A DNA stretch of 64,000 bases from an uncultured Actinomycetota bacterium (GTDB taxonomy: Bacteria > Actinomycetota > Actinomycetes > Mycobacteriales > Pseudonocardiaceae), in contig CAWADQ010000042.1 in NCBI GenBank assembly GCA_963780835.1, positions 24,168-88,167 on the forward strand. The letters are read 5' to 3'. Of this stretch, positions 1 through 10,080 are shown piece after piece. Numbering within the stretch: the first letter of the stretch is position 1; each line of letters opens with the position of its first letter. The translations under genes and the position numbers were made by a program. The notes below the pieces were generated by a model that did no database searches, was not told the DNA's origin, and saw only the letters and a list, made by a program, of their open reading frames with translations.

Positions 1-1
1 C

Positions 2-208
2 AAGGTCGTCACGGTGATCGTGTACTCAGACCAGGTAGCGATGGGTGACGACGGGTCGACCGTGGCTGCGCGGGATCCGTCGACGATCATCGCACCGGAC
101 CCGACAGGAGACCTCTTCTTCGTCGACGACCGGGCGGGAGTCGGCACGGTCAGTGAGTGGCGGGCCACGAAATCTATCGGCTTCGCGACCTCGCCCGCCT
201 CACCCTGA
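2..208 (+). CDS. 3' part of a hypothetical protein running in from the window edge
   Basis: Frame is open from nt 2 to TGA at 206-208; no recognisable motif. Confidence 0.3.
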   Translation, partial: KVVTVIVYSDQVAMGDDGSTVAARDPSTIIAPDPTGDLFFVDDRAGVGTVSEWRATKSIGFATSPASP

Positions 209-322
209 CCCGAGACCGCCACACGCGCGGTTCAGGGTGGTGTCCTGGGGATGTATCAGGCGACTCGTGATCCGGCTCCTCAATAAGGACCTCGGCCTCT
301 CCGGCAGATCGACGAGAAGGCG

Positions 323-1693
323 GTGGACATGCCATCGCGCGCGCAGCTGCGACTAGAGCAAACCCGCGCCGGTATCGCACGGCTGCGTACCGAAGTGGCC
401 GGGTGGGCCGAGCGCCGACTCTCCACCGACACCAACGGCCAGTACCGGACTCAGCTGACGGCCATTCGCGACACCTTCGACCAAGCACTCGAACGAATCT
501 GCCTGCTGGGTGAGGGTCCAGCTCCGGCCGCCACCGGTGACGCGTTCGAGCAGTGCCGCCGCATCGACCGCCAGGTCGTCATGGTCCGTCGACTGTGGCA
601 GTGGAACGCGGAGAAGTTCGACCAGCGCGAACACCCGGTCTACGGGCGGGTGCTGGCCGCGGCCGACGAGGTGATCTGGGCCGTCCACGCGCAGGTCTAC
701 CGCAACGCGGAGATCGCCCCGATCCCCCCGGCGCCCGTGCCCTACATCGACAACGTCGCGGCGCCCGAGGCGATCCTGCGTGACGCTCCGCCGCCGGACC
801 TGCGCCCGGATGTGTTCGACGACCAGCTCAAGCTGATGCTGGCCCGCCTCCCGGTCCCGATCGTGGCCCTGCCTGAGTCCGCGTGCGTCGAGCCGTGGCT
901 GCTCGTCCTGCTCGGCCACGAGGTGGGCCATCACCTGCAGTACGACCTGCGGCCTCGGTTCGGGCTCGTCACATCGGTGGGGGCGACCCTGGCCCAGGTG
1001 ACGGGATCCGCCCGCTGGCGCCGGTGGAGCCGCGAGCTGTTCGCCGATCTCGTCGGGCTCGTCACGATGGGCCCGGCCTCGGTCGCGGCGCTGGTGCCCT
1101 ACGAGCTCGGCTCGGACGGGTGGCTCGTGAGCGACGAGCGGGAGAGCTACCCGCCGCCGGCGTTGCGCATCGCCGTGCTCGCGGCCATGGCCTCGCAGCT
1201 CGGTCTCGACTGCCGGCGCGAGCTCGCCGACTGCGATCCTGACGGCTGGCTCGCCGCCCGGGACGACGATCCCGACGCCGACCGTCGCGCGCAGGCGCGT
1301 GCCGATGTCATGCACGTGCCGGCGGTGGCCACCGCGCTCGTGGACGCCGTCGTCACCGACGGCGAGACTCTTGCGGACCTCGCCGAGTTCCACCGTGACG
1401 TCTTCGGTCCGGGTGGCCGGGTGGCGGTGCGGGCCGAGCAACTGCAGGCCGACGGCGGTAAGGCCGAACAGGGCGTGGCCGTCGTCCGCGAGCTGGCCAG
1501 TGCCGGCATGGTCGCCTGGCAGGAGGCCGCCGCGAGCGGTGGCTCGCAGCGCGACAGGGCGCTGGCAGGGCTGGCCGTGACGCTGGTCGACCGCCTGGTC
1601 GGCAGTCGGGAACCGGGCACGCGAGCGGCCTCGTCGGGGTCCGCCGACGTCGACGAGGATCTGGTCGCCCAGCTCTCGCGGGTGGATCTCTGA
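323..1693 (+). CDS. Zincin-like (HExxH) metallopeptidase-domain protein, 456 aa
   Basis: LLGHEVGHH, downstream ELFAD (third-ligand-type motif) and YPPPALRI; helical N-terminus; stop overlaps the next start (TGATG). Confidence 0.75.
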   Translation: MDMPSRAQLRLEQTRAGIARLRTEVAGWAERRLSTDTNGQYRTQLTAIRDTFDQALERICLLGEGPAPAATGDAFEQCRRIDRQVVMVRRLWQWNAEKFDQREHPVYGRVLAAADEVIWAVHAQVYRNAEIAPIPPAPVPYIDNVAAPEAILRDAPPPDLRPDVFDDQLKLMLARLPVPIVALPESACVEPWLLVLLGHEVGHHLQYDLRPRFGLVTSVGATLAQVTGSARWRRWSRELFADLVGLVTMGPASVAALVPYELGSDGWLVSDERESYPPPALRIAVLAAMASQLGLDCRRELADCDPDGWLAARDDDPDADRRAQARADVMHVPAVATALVDAVVTDGETLADLAEFHRDVFGPGGRVAVRAEQLQADGGKAEQGVAVVRELASAGMVAWQEAAASGGSQRDRALAGLAVTLVDRLVGSREPGTRAASSGSADVDEDLVAQLSRVDL

Positions 1694-3984
1694 TGGCGAG
1701 CGAGATGAAGACGCTCCGGATCACGGTGGCGGCCGCACCGACGTCGGGCGGATGGTCGTTCCGGTTCACCTCGCCCGCGGACGACGGCTGGTCGTCGTCG
1801 AGCAGCGCGACGACCTTCGAGGCCAGGCCGTGGTTGCCCCGTTCCGTCCGACCGTGTACCGGGATCTGCAGCCACGACTGGTGCGTCGAGGCCGACCACA
1901 CCCGCGTCGAGTCCGCCCTGACCGCGCTGCGCAGGCGGGCGGGCGACGGCGGTGTCGGCGTCGGCGTCGGGCGGTGGCTCTACGAGGTCCTCATCGCTCC
2001 GGTCCGCGTCGAGCTCGACGAGCTCGCGCACCGGTCCGACGCCGACATCGTCGAGCTGGCGCTCACCTGGCCCTACCCCCGGCCGGACGACTGCCCGGAG
2101 ACGCGCCGGATGTGGACCGCGCTCTCCTCGTTGCCCTGGGAGCTGATGCGCGACGAGAACGGGCCGCTGGCGGTGTCCGGCGCCGACGGCAGGCTGGCCG
2201 TCGCTGTCACCCGGGTGGTCCAGGGGACGCCGTGGACCATGACCGAGCTGCCTGCTCCGCCGCGGATCCTGTTCGTCATCGGCGCGGCCATGACCGACGA
2301 CAGCGTCCGCGCCGGAGCCGAGGTGTTCGGCCTGTTGCGCGAGGTCGAGGCGTCCGGCAGGCGGGTGCACCATCGCGTGCTGGAGCGCGCCACGCCGACC
2401 GAGCTCCGGCGCGCGGCCGAATCGTTCCGCCCCGACGTCGTCCACCTGATCTGTCACGGCGGGACCGACGCCGACGGGCGGGGGTTCCTCCGCCTGACTT
2501 CCACGGCCGTGGCGGCGGGCTACGAGGACTGGACCGGTGAGCAGCTGCTCGAACAGCTGAAGGTCAAGGGCAGGCTGCCCCCGGTGATCGTGCTCAGCGC
2601 CTGCGAATCGGCGGGCGATCTGCCGGGTGGGCGCCGGGCCATCACGCTCGGCGGGCCCCAGCTGGCCGCTCCGCTCGCGGTCGAGCTGGTGCGGGCGGGC
2701 GTACCCGTCGTCGTCGCCATGGCCGGGACCATCGCCGACCGCGCATGCCGGGTGTTCACCCGACACTTCGGCCGGGCAGTGGCCGACGGGCACTCGTTCG
2801 TCGAGGCGACCGCGCTCGCGCGCCGGATGGCGTTCGCCGAGCTCCCGGCCGCGACCTCGATCGACTGGGGCCTGCCGGCGGTGTTTCTCGCCGAGGCCGT
2901 CGACTCGGAGTACGTCATGGTCGGCGACGATCACGCGGACGCGTCGATGCGGGAGTGGTCCAGGACGTTGGACCTCCAGCCGCTGCCCCTGTTCTGCGCC
3001 CGCGAGCGCATCCTCGGGGCGTTCTGGTCCCTGCTGACCGCCCTCCTCGACGCCGAGGACCGGCGACCGGATCCGAAGAGCGCCCTGGTGCTGAGCACTC
3101 CCAACGACCACACCTCGATCGGGAAGACGCGCGCGCTGGAGGAGATCTCCCGGCTGGCGCTGAGCAACGGTTGCCTGCCGGTGCTGATCAGACCCGGCCC
3201 GGACGGCTCGCCGAAGGACGTGCGCGAGCTCGCGCAGGAGCTCGCCGACGCGTTGGACGATCTGGTCGAGAACGATCTGGTGCCCGATGCCGAGCCCACC
3301 GAGCTGCGCTGGTTGACCCAGGCTCTCGACACCGCACCGGTCGACCTCGAGGAGCACCGCAGCGTGGCCGACGAGCTGCGCCGCAGTCCGTGGCGCGGAC
3401 TGCGGGAAGCGCTGTCACAGGATGCGGCGACGACGCTCGATGCGGCCCGCACGGCCCATCCCACGCTGATGGGCGCGGACGCACGCCTGGTCGTACTGCT
3501 GGACAACCTCGGTCAGACCAGCCTGCCGCTGCTGTCCACGATGTTCGGCCCGGGTGGTATCGACGTCTACGGGATGGGCCGCAAGGGCCAACCGATTCCG
3601 CTGGTCGCCGTCATCCTGGGGACCGGGGACGACATCCGCCGCCAGATCGGGGACCGGGTCGGCAAGACCGCTCGATGGATCGACGTCTATCCCCTCCGAC
3701 CCTTCTCCTCGGACGGGGAGGAGGACCTGTTGGCGTACGAGAGCATCTTGCTGTACCCGTTCCGCGGCGCGGACGGGAGTCGGGCGAGCAAGCCGTGGGT
3801 CTTCAACCGCACGCTGGGTCCGGAGCAATGGGCCGCGTGGACCGGTTTCCTGCGCGGGAAGCTCGAGGGACTGCCCGGGAAGTTCGGGGAGGGTCAGCTG
3901 TTCGAGCTCGTCCTGGAGGTGCTGGACACCGCCAAGTTCATCAATCCCGTCGTCGACGAGAAGCTGGCTGTGCCATGGCGCTGA
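1693..3984 (+). CDS. CHAT (caspase-like cysteine protease) domain protein with C-terminal P-loop NTPase-like region, 763 aa
   Basis: LPWELM, VVHLICHG (catalytic His), VIVLSACES (catalytic Cys), LVRAGVPVVVAM, DWGLP; later SIGKTRAL (Walker A-like) and LVVLLDN (Walker B-like). Confidence 0.85.
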   Translation: MASEMKTLRITVAAAPTSGGWSFRFTSPADDGWSSSSSATTFEARPWLPRSVRPCTGICSHDWCVEADHTRVESALTALRRRAGDGGVGVGVGRWLYEVLIAPVRVELDELAHRSDADIVELALTWPYPRPDDCPETRRMWTALSSLPWELMRDENGPLAVSGADGRLAVAVTRVVQGTPWTMTELPAPPRILFVIGAAMTDDSVRAGAEVFGLLREVEASGRRVHHRVLERATPTELRRAAESFRPDVVHLICHGGTDADGRGFLRLTSTAVAAGYEDWTGEQLLEQLKVKGRLPPVIVLSACESAGDLPGGRRAITLGGPQLAAPLAVELVRAGVPVVVAMAGTIADRACRVFTRHFGRAVADGHSFVEATALARRMAFAELPAATSIDWGLPAVFLAEAVDSEYVMVGDDHADASMREWSRTLDLQPLPLFCARERILGAFWSLLTALLDAEDRRPDPKSALVLSTPNDHTSIGKTRALEEISRLALSNGCLPVLIRPGPDGSPKDVRELAQELADALDDLVENDLVPDAEPTELRWLTQALDTAPVDLEEHRSVADELRRSPWRGLREALSQDAATTLDAARTAHPTLMGADARLVVLLDNLGQTSLPLLSTMFGPGGIDVYGMGRKGQPIPLVAVILGTGDDIRRQIGDRVGKTARWIDVYPLRPFSSDGEEDLLAYESILLYPFRGADGSRASKPWVFNRTLGPEQWAAWTGFLRGKLEGLPGKFGEGQLFELVLEVLDTAKFINPVVDEKLAVPWR

Positions 3985-6900
3985 CCGACGAGATCAACGC
4001 CAAGCTCGCCGCCCACCGCGACGTCGCGCTCACCGAGCTGGAGGAGCGCTGGCCGGGGGCCGTGGCCTGGTTGGTCGTCGCCCCCGTGTGGACCGAGGAG
4101 CTGGCGCAGCTCGCCGGCTTCCCGGCCCCGGACCTGCGCGCGTTCCTCCGCACCTGTGAGGCCCGCCAGTGGTGCGTCCGGCGCCGCGTGCCGCACGGCC
4201 TGAGCGCACGCGAGGCCGCCGAGCTGCTCACCTCGGTGGCCGTTCGGCTCCGGGAGAACGCACCTGGTCACGAGGCGGTCGGTCGGCTGGTGGAGGCGGC
4301 GCAGGAGGCCATCGAGGCGTTGCCGACGCCTGCCCGGCGGTCCCGGCTCACCCATCGCCTGGCCGGGACGACCGGCGGCCCGACCGCGGACCTCCGGCCA
4401 CCGTCGGAGCTCGCCGCCGCGGTCACCGTCGCGATGGAAGCCGAGGACACCGCAACGGCAGCCCGGCTGCTCGCCGACGCCGCTCCCTCGTTGGCGCCCG
4501 ACGAGGTGCGCGACGACGTTCGGGCGCTCCTGTCCCGGCTGGCGGATTCCCAGGAGTCCCCGGTGGCCGCCCCGTACCTGGCGAGGGCGGCCGTCGCCGC
4601 GGGTGACTTCCGGCTCGGGCTCCGGGTGTCCGAGCAGACCGTCGACGGCCGACTCGGGTTGTGCTCGCTCGCGGAGGTGGCTCGCGGCCTGGCCGGGGCG
4701 CAGCGCACGGGTGAGGCGCGCGCCCTCGTCGCGCGGATCGTGGACTCGTTGGGGGTAGGCGCGCAGGTCGACCTCGCGTGTACCGCGGACGTCGCCGAGC
4801 GGCTCGCCACGTTGGGGACCGTGGCCGAACCGGTGTTCGGGCGCGCCACCGACTTCCCGGCCGACGAGCTCCGCGCCCACCACATGGAGCCGCTGGTGCG
4901 TCTCGTCGCGGCCGCCCGGGCGGCGCGCCTGCCTGCGGCCGAGCGGACCCTGGCCCAGGACGCGGTCCGGGTGGCCCGCGACCAGGCCGACCCGGGTGCC
5001 CGCGCCACCGCCCTGGTCCTGGCGCTCTCGGCCGGGATCGGTGACGCGTTCCCGACGCTGGCCCAGGAGGCGTGGTTGGCGACGCGGGAGATGTCCGGTC
5101 GTGCCCAGCGGGCCCGCGTGTTGGCCGCGCTACTCCCCGACCTGGTGGCCCGGGACGAGGCCGGAAGCGCCGTGCAGGAGATCGTCGAGCTGTGCCGGCC
5201 CACCGCTCAGCGCGACACGTTCTGGACCCCCGACGGCACCCGGGGCGAGATGCTGGAGGCGCTCGAGGCGCGGTGGGGTGCCGAGCGCCTGCGCCGGGTC
5301 ACCGCGCAGGTCGGCGGCGCCATCGCCACGGCTCCGGTCCGCCGCTCGGTCCCGGAGGCGGCCCTGCGGTGGGCGAGACTCGCCGCCCTGGTCGGTGACG
5401 ACGTGACCGGCAAGAAGGCCGCGACCCTGCTGCTGGATATGGTGGCCCACAAGCTCGACGCGGGGGCGACCGGTGCGGCCGGTGGCTGGATTCTCGCCGG
5501 CCGCAGGCTGCTGCCGGTCGTCCGGGGCTCGTTCGAGGCGAGCCTGCTGCTGGCCGAGCGCAAGGTGGAGCTCGTCAACCGCCGTGAGCACGACCGGCGG
5601 CTGCTGAGCGCCTTCCTGCCCCGCGCCGACCAGCTGGCCTCGTTCGACGCGCTGATCGGCGGCGACGGCGAACAGTGGGCGCTGCACTACCTGGGCCACG
5701 GTGGCGTCGGCAAGACCATGCTGATGCGGCACCTGTGCACCCGCGTCGCCCTCGACCGCGGATGGGCGCATGCCCGGGTGGACTTCGACCACCTCAACCC
5801 CGAGTTCCCCTGGCGTAGGCCCGGCCAGCTGCTGCTCGAACTGCTCGGGGAGCTCGAGGCGTACGCGACGCCGGAGTCGCAGCGCCACTACAAGACGGCG
5901 GTCGAGCACCTGCGCAGGCTGCGCTGGTCGCCTGATCCCACCAGGAGGCCCAACCTGTCGCGCGCGGTGGCGAAGTTCTGCCACTACGTCGAGAGCCTGC
6001 AGCGCCCCGTCCTGATCGTTCTCGACACCTGCGAGGAGCTCGCGAAGTTCCAGCCCGTCGACGCCGCGCTGCCCCAGCTCGAAGCGGCGTTCACCATGCT
6101 GGAAGAGCTGCACGCGCAGCTGCCGACGATCCGCGTGGTGTTCAGTGGACGCCGACCGCTGGCCTTGACCGGGGCCGGAGGGTGGCGGGTCGACGGCGAA
6201 CGCGCGTCGGCACACCTGCCGGCGCGCAAGGACTACCTGGGCGTGCACGTCATCCGGGGCTTCACTCGGGCCGAGGCCGACGAGTACCTCACCACGATCG
6301 AGAAGCTGCGGCTGGAGCCCGAGGTCCTGGACAAGGTGCTCGAGCTCAGCACCGAGCCCTACCTCACCCCGTACCTGCGCGACGGCACCCATGACGGACC
6401 GTCCTACAGCCCGTTCGACCTCGCGCTGCACGCGGGCCTGATGCGCGACCAGCCCGATCTGGCCTGGCAGGACCATGCGGCCACCACCTACGTCGCCAAC
6501 CGACTGATCGAGCGGCTGGGCGTCGCCGCCCCGCTGCTGCCCGCCGCCGTGGCGATGGGGACGTTCGACCACGACATGCTGGCCGCCGCGGCGGCCCCGC
6601 TCGGCATCCCGCTCGACGAGGCATGGCCGCAGTTCATGGGGACCGACTGGATGCAGTCCCGGCTCGATCCGGCGCTGCCGACGACCACCACGTTCCTGCA
6701 GATCGATCCCGGTGTGCTGCCCCGGTTGCAGGCCTATTACGAGGACGGGCAGGCGACGCCGCCGTACCGTCGCGGCCGCCCGGAGCTCGCCGACCGGCTG
6801 GCCGCGCTGGTCCGCGGGCGACGACCGAGCGCGCTGGCGGTGGCCCACGTGGAGGGCGCGTTGCGGTGCCTCGACGGGGACCGTGCGGCCGCGTTGTGCG

Positions 6901-9900
6901 ACGAGCTGGCCCTGCGGGTGGCCGAGGACGGCGCCTGGATGTGGGCGTTCACGGTGTTCGGCCGGTTGCTGGACGCGGAGGGTGTGCTGGCGGCACCCGA
7001 CCACCCGGCCAGGGCGGCCGCGTCGGCGCTGTACGCGACGGCGGCCATGCACGTCGACCCGGGGCACGGCCGGAGCGCGACCTGGCGCGAGCTGCTTGTC
7101 GTGTCAGCCGGCCATCGGGCGTCCGCCGTCGGCGAGTGGCTGCTGGCGCGGGCCGCGGTGCTCGGCCAACCCGACACGGTCGCCCCGCTGGTCAAGGCGG
7201 TCGCCGTGGCGGCGGCGCTGTTCGGCGCCCCGCACCGTGACGACCGGGCGCGGGGGAGCTGGTTGTTGGGGACCGTCTTCGCGGGCGCCGAGCGGTTGAT
7301 GGACCGGCTGGAGGAGGAGGCCCGGGACGCGGCCGAGCTGCGACCGCTCCGGGCCGTGTTGCGCGACCTCGCGGACACCTGCCGATCAGATGATCACCTG
7401 CATCTGATCGCCGGGTTGCTGGCCCGGATCAGCCTGCTGTCCGACGATGCCGACGAGGCCAGGGGGTGGATGGCCGACGCCCTGCGGCAGCTGGACGAGG
7501 GCGCGAGCGCGTCGCCGTATCTAGCCGCCGACCGGCCGACCACGGTGGGCTGGCGGTCGCGGGTGCGGCTGCGGGCCGTCGTGACCGGGCTGGCGGAGCC
7601 CCGCAGCCACTGGCTGTCCGATGCGGTGGAGGACGGCGTGTCCCACATCGACTCGGGACGGCTGGCGTCCGCCCTGCTCACCCGTCGCCTCGACTGCGAA
7701 CCGGTGCCGCGGGACGTGCTCCTGACGGTCGAGCGGGCGGTCGGGTCCAGCAGGCCACCCGTCGCCGTGGTGCCGGTCCACCGGGCCGTCCCTCCGCTGC
7801 GCGTGTCGCTGGCGCGGGCCTGGCTGGCGCTCGGCGAGCCGTACCGTGCCCGCACCGCGCTCGGTCCGCCGGGGGAGTTCGCCGACAGCCCACGGGAGCA
7901 GGCCGAACTCGACGAGGCCCGGGTGGACATCGCCCGCCGGATGCGCCTCGTCGACAGCGACCGGCACCTGCGCAAGTCGATGGGCCGGGCGGCGAGCGGC
8001 CGAGCGCGTGCCGCCGAGGCGGACGCCCTGCTCGACGTCGCCGTGGCACTGAAGCCCAAGCTGAGCGATCCGGAGTCGCTGCACCTCTGGTGGCGGACGT
8101 CGACGGGTCCGCCGGCACCGGACCGCGCCCGCGAGGCCGTGCGCGCCGGTCTTCCGGTGCGCGGCGCCGAACCGGTCGCCGTCGCGCTCGCACTCGACGC
8201 GATCGAGTCCGACCTCCTCGACGGCGCCGAGCCCCGCCTGCGTGGCGCGCCCGATCTGGCCGAGCGGATCCCGCGACTGGTGGATGCAGGCGACGAGATC
8301 GACGCCAGGGCTGCCTTACGATGGCTGGCCCTCGGCCTGCCCACGCCGCTCCCTGACCTGCCCCCGTCCGGCGCGCTCGGGCGGCGGCGGCTGGCCGAGC
8401 TGGCCCTGGAGGAGGGTGAGCTGCTCGCGCTGCGGCTGCCACGGGCCGCGCGGCCGCTGCTGGCCGCGGCCGCCCGCTGGTTCCGGGCCTCCGGCGACCC
8501 GGTGGGCGCCTTCATCGCCACGCTCACCGAGCAGCTGGCCGCCGCCCGCGGGTCGGAGCCGGTCCGGCTGATCGAACTGGAGCGGGCGTACAAGGACCTG
8601 CGCCCGGTCCGCGACGACCTGCCCTCTTGGGCCCGCCTGGTCGACGGCGCCTCCTCGTCCGGTGAACCGCCGGCTCCACCGGGGTGGGAAGGCTGGATGG
8701 TGCGGCTGCGCCAGCTGCTGGCCGGGCCGGACCGGAGCCGGCGGCAACGCCCGCCGCCGGTGCCCTTGCCGCCGGAGCTGCGTCCCGCGGCCCCGCAGGC
8801 CGAGACGTCGCCGATGTCGCAGCTGGCCGTGGACGCCGGCACGATGCTGCGCGGCGTCGGGAAGTCCGCGACGCCGCCCGGCCGGCGGAGATCGGCGGTC
8901 CGGCGGGTGCTGATCGGCGCCCTGCACTGGGCCGTGACCCTGGCCGTCCTCGGTGGCGTCGCGGTGGTCGTGTGGGGTCTGTACCTGCTGGTCGACCAGC
9001 TCGTCGGCGGCGTACTCCAGCTGATCGCAGACAGCCGCCCGTCGGCCATCCAGGATGGAGGCGAAGGCCGCTGGGCCGTCAACGACGGCGGCGGCACATC
9101 CGTGCTCCGGTTCGTGGCGTCGGTCGCGGTGCTGGTGGCGTTGGTCGTCGCCGCCGTGAAGGTCGGCACCAGCGGCCCGCGACGGAGCCGGGCGTCGATC
9201 CGGGTCGGCGACGTCGACGCCGCGCCCATCCCCGTCACGGCGACCGGGACCCGGGTCCGGTGGTGGCCGCTACCGGTTTCCGCCCGGTCGGGCGAGGGCG
9301 TGGTGACCCTGTTCGACGGGCCGGACCCGCCCCTGCTCCCGCCCGACGTGGTGCGGGTGGTCGCGGCGACCGCCCATCCGCGTCACCCCGTGCCGGTCGC
9401 CTGGCACGTGCCGTCGGACCTGGCCTCGGCGAGCTGGGAGCGGGCCCTCGCCGAGCGCTTGGCCGAGGACGTCGAGGTGCACTGCTGGCGGGCCTACGAG
9501 CCGTTGCCGCTGGCCGAGCTGAGCAGCGCGGCGGTGATCCCGAACATCGCCGACCGGGGGCAGGTGCGGATCGCCGCGCCGTCTCAATGGTCCAGGCTGG
9601 TGAGGTCCGCGTGCCCGGCCGGGACGACCGCGATCGCGTCGCTCGGCGCCCTCGCGAAGGGCGACCTGGCCGTGCTGATGGCGACACCGATCATCACGAC
9701 CGAGCCGGTGCTCGTCGTGGGCGGCGACGACGAGCAGCGCACCCTGCAGCCCGACGAACTCGAGGCGCGAGATGTGCTCGTCATCGTCTGCGGTGAGCCC
9801 GCCGCCGGTGAGCCGGATGCCGCGGCGGATCAGCTGGCCGTCCAGGACCTGCGCCGGTGCGCGGACGGCCTGATGGACGCGGGCGCGGAGGCGGTCGTCC

Positions 9901-10073
9901 TGCTGCCGAGCATGCCTGAGGACCTGCTGGTGACGGCGCTCCGATCGTTCGACGCCCGGCTGTCCCGCGGACGGACGCTGCTGACGACAGCGGGCACCGT
10001 CCGGGCCGCCCTGCGGGAACGCGGCCTGTGCCGTACCGCGAACGAGCTGACCGTCATGCTCCGAGGGTTGTGA
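3975..10073 (+). CDS. Giant STAND-type NTPase with helical repeats, two TM segments and a degenerate CHAT-like C-terminus, 2032 aa
   Basis: Likely start is ATG 3975 (MALTDEIN), overlapping the upstream stop; GHGGVGKT Walker A, ARVDFD, LIVLDTCEE Walker B; hydrophobic segments at about 8910-9170; C-terminal ASWERAL and LMDAGAEAVV resemble CHAT but no His/Cys dyad is evident. Confidence 0.8.
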   Translation: MALTDEINAKLAAHRDVALTELEERWPGAVAWLVVAPVWTEELAQLAGFPAPDLRAFLRTCEARQWCVRRRVPHGLSAREAAELLTSVAVRLRENAPGHEAVGRLVEAAQEAIEALPTPARRSRLTHRLAGTTGGPTADLRPPSELAAAVTVAMEAEDTATAARLLADAAPSLAPDEVRDDVRALLSRLADSQESPVAAPYLARAAVAAGDFRLGLRVSEQTVDGRLGLCSLAEVARGLAGAQRTGEARALVARIVDSLGVGAQVDLACTADVAERLATLGTVAEPVFGRATDFPADELRAHHMEPLVRLVAAARAARLPAAERTLAQDAVRVARDQADPGARATALVLALSAGIGDAFPTLAQEAWLATREMSGRAQRARVLAALLPDLVARDEAGSAVQEIVELCRPTAQRDTFWTPDGTRGEMLEALEARWGAERLRRVTAQVGGAIATAPVRRSVPEAALRWARLAALVGDDVTGKKAATLLLDMVAHKLDAGATGAAGGWILAGRRLLPVVRGSFEASLLLAERKVELVNRREHDRRLLSAFLPRADQLASFDALIGGDGEQWALHYLGHGGVGKTMLMRHLCTRVALDRGWAHARVDFDHLNPEFPWRRPGQLLLELLGELEAYATPESQRHYKTAVEHLRRLRWSPDPTRRPNLSRAVAKFCHYVESLQRPVLIVLDTCEELAKFQPVDAALPQLEAAFTMLEELHAQLPTIRVVFSGRRPLALTGAGGWRVDGERASAHLPARKDYLGVHVIRGFTRAEADEYLTTIEKLRLEPEVLDKVLELSTEPYLTPYLRDGTHDGPSYSPFDLALHAGLMRDQPDLAWQDHAATTYVANRLIERLGVAAPLLPAAVAMGTFDHDMLAAAAAPLGIPLDEAWPQFMGTDWMQSRLDPALPTTTTFLQIDPGVLPRLQAYYEDGQATPPYRRGRPELADRLAALVRGRRPSALAVAHVEGALRCLDGDRAAALCDELALRVAEDGAWMWAFTVFGRLLDAEGVLAAPDHPARAAASALYATAAMHVDPGHGRSATWRELLVVSAGHRASAVGEWLLARAAVLGQPDTVAPLVKAVAVAAALFGAPHRDDRARGSWLLGTVFAGAERLMDRLEEEARDAAELRPLRAVLRDLADTCRSDDHLHLIAGLLARISLLSDDADEARGWMADALRQLDEGASASPYLAADRPTTVGWRSRVRLRAVVTGLAEPRSHWLSDAVEDGVSHIDSGRLASALLTRRLDCEPVPRDVLLTVERAVGSSRPPVAVVPVHRAVPPLRVSLARAWLALGEPYRARTALGPPGEFADSPREQAELDEARVDIARRMRLVDSDRHLRKSMGRAASGRARAAEADALLDVAVALKPKLSDPESLHLWWRTSTGPPAPDRAREAVRAGLPVRGAEPVAVALALDAIESDLLDGAEPRLRGAPDLAERIPRLVDAGDEIDARAALRWLALGLPTPLPDLPPSGALGRRRLAELALEEGELLALRLPRAARPLLAAAARWFRASGDPVGAFIATLTEQLAAARGSEPVRLIELERAYKDLRPVRDDLPSWARLVDGASSSGEPPAPPGWEGWMVRLRQLLAGPDRSRRQRPPPVPLPPELRPAAPQAETSPMSQLAVDAGTMLRGVGKSATPPGRRRSAVRRVLIGALHWAVTLAVLGGVAVVVWGLYLLVDQLVGGVLQLIADSRPSAIQDGGEGRWAVNDGGGTSVLRFVASVAVLVALVVAAVKVGTSGPRRSRASIRVGDVDAAPIPVTATGTRVRWWPLPVSARSGEGVVTLFDGPDPPLLPPDVVRVVAATAHPRHPVPVAWHVPSDLASASWERALAERLAEDVEVHCWRAYEPLPLAELSSAAVIPNIADRGQVRIAAPSQWSRLVRSACPAGTTAIASLGALAKGDLAVLMATPIITTEPVLVVGGDDEQRTLQPDELEARDVLVIVCGEPAAGEPDAAADQLAVQDLRRCADGLMDAGAEAVVLLPSMPEDLLVTALRSFDARLSRGRTLLTTAGTVRAALRERGLCRTANELTVMLRGL

Positions 10074-10080
10074 GGACCGC

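Noticed and set aside
2745..3974. N-terminal 410 aa of the 2442-aa ORF
   Set aside because: Arg/Pro-rich off-frame read of the CHAT gene; the real start is ATG 3975.
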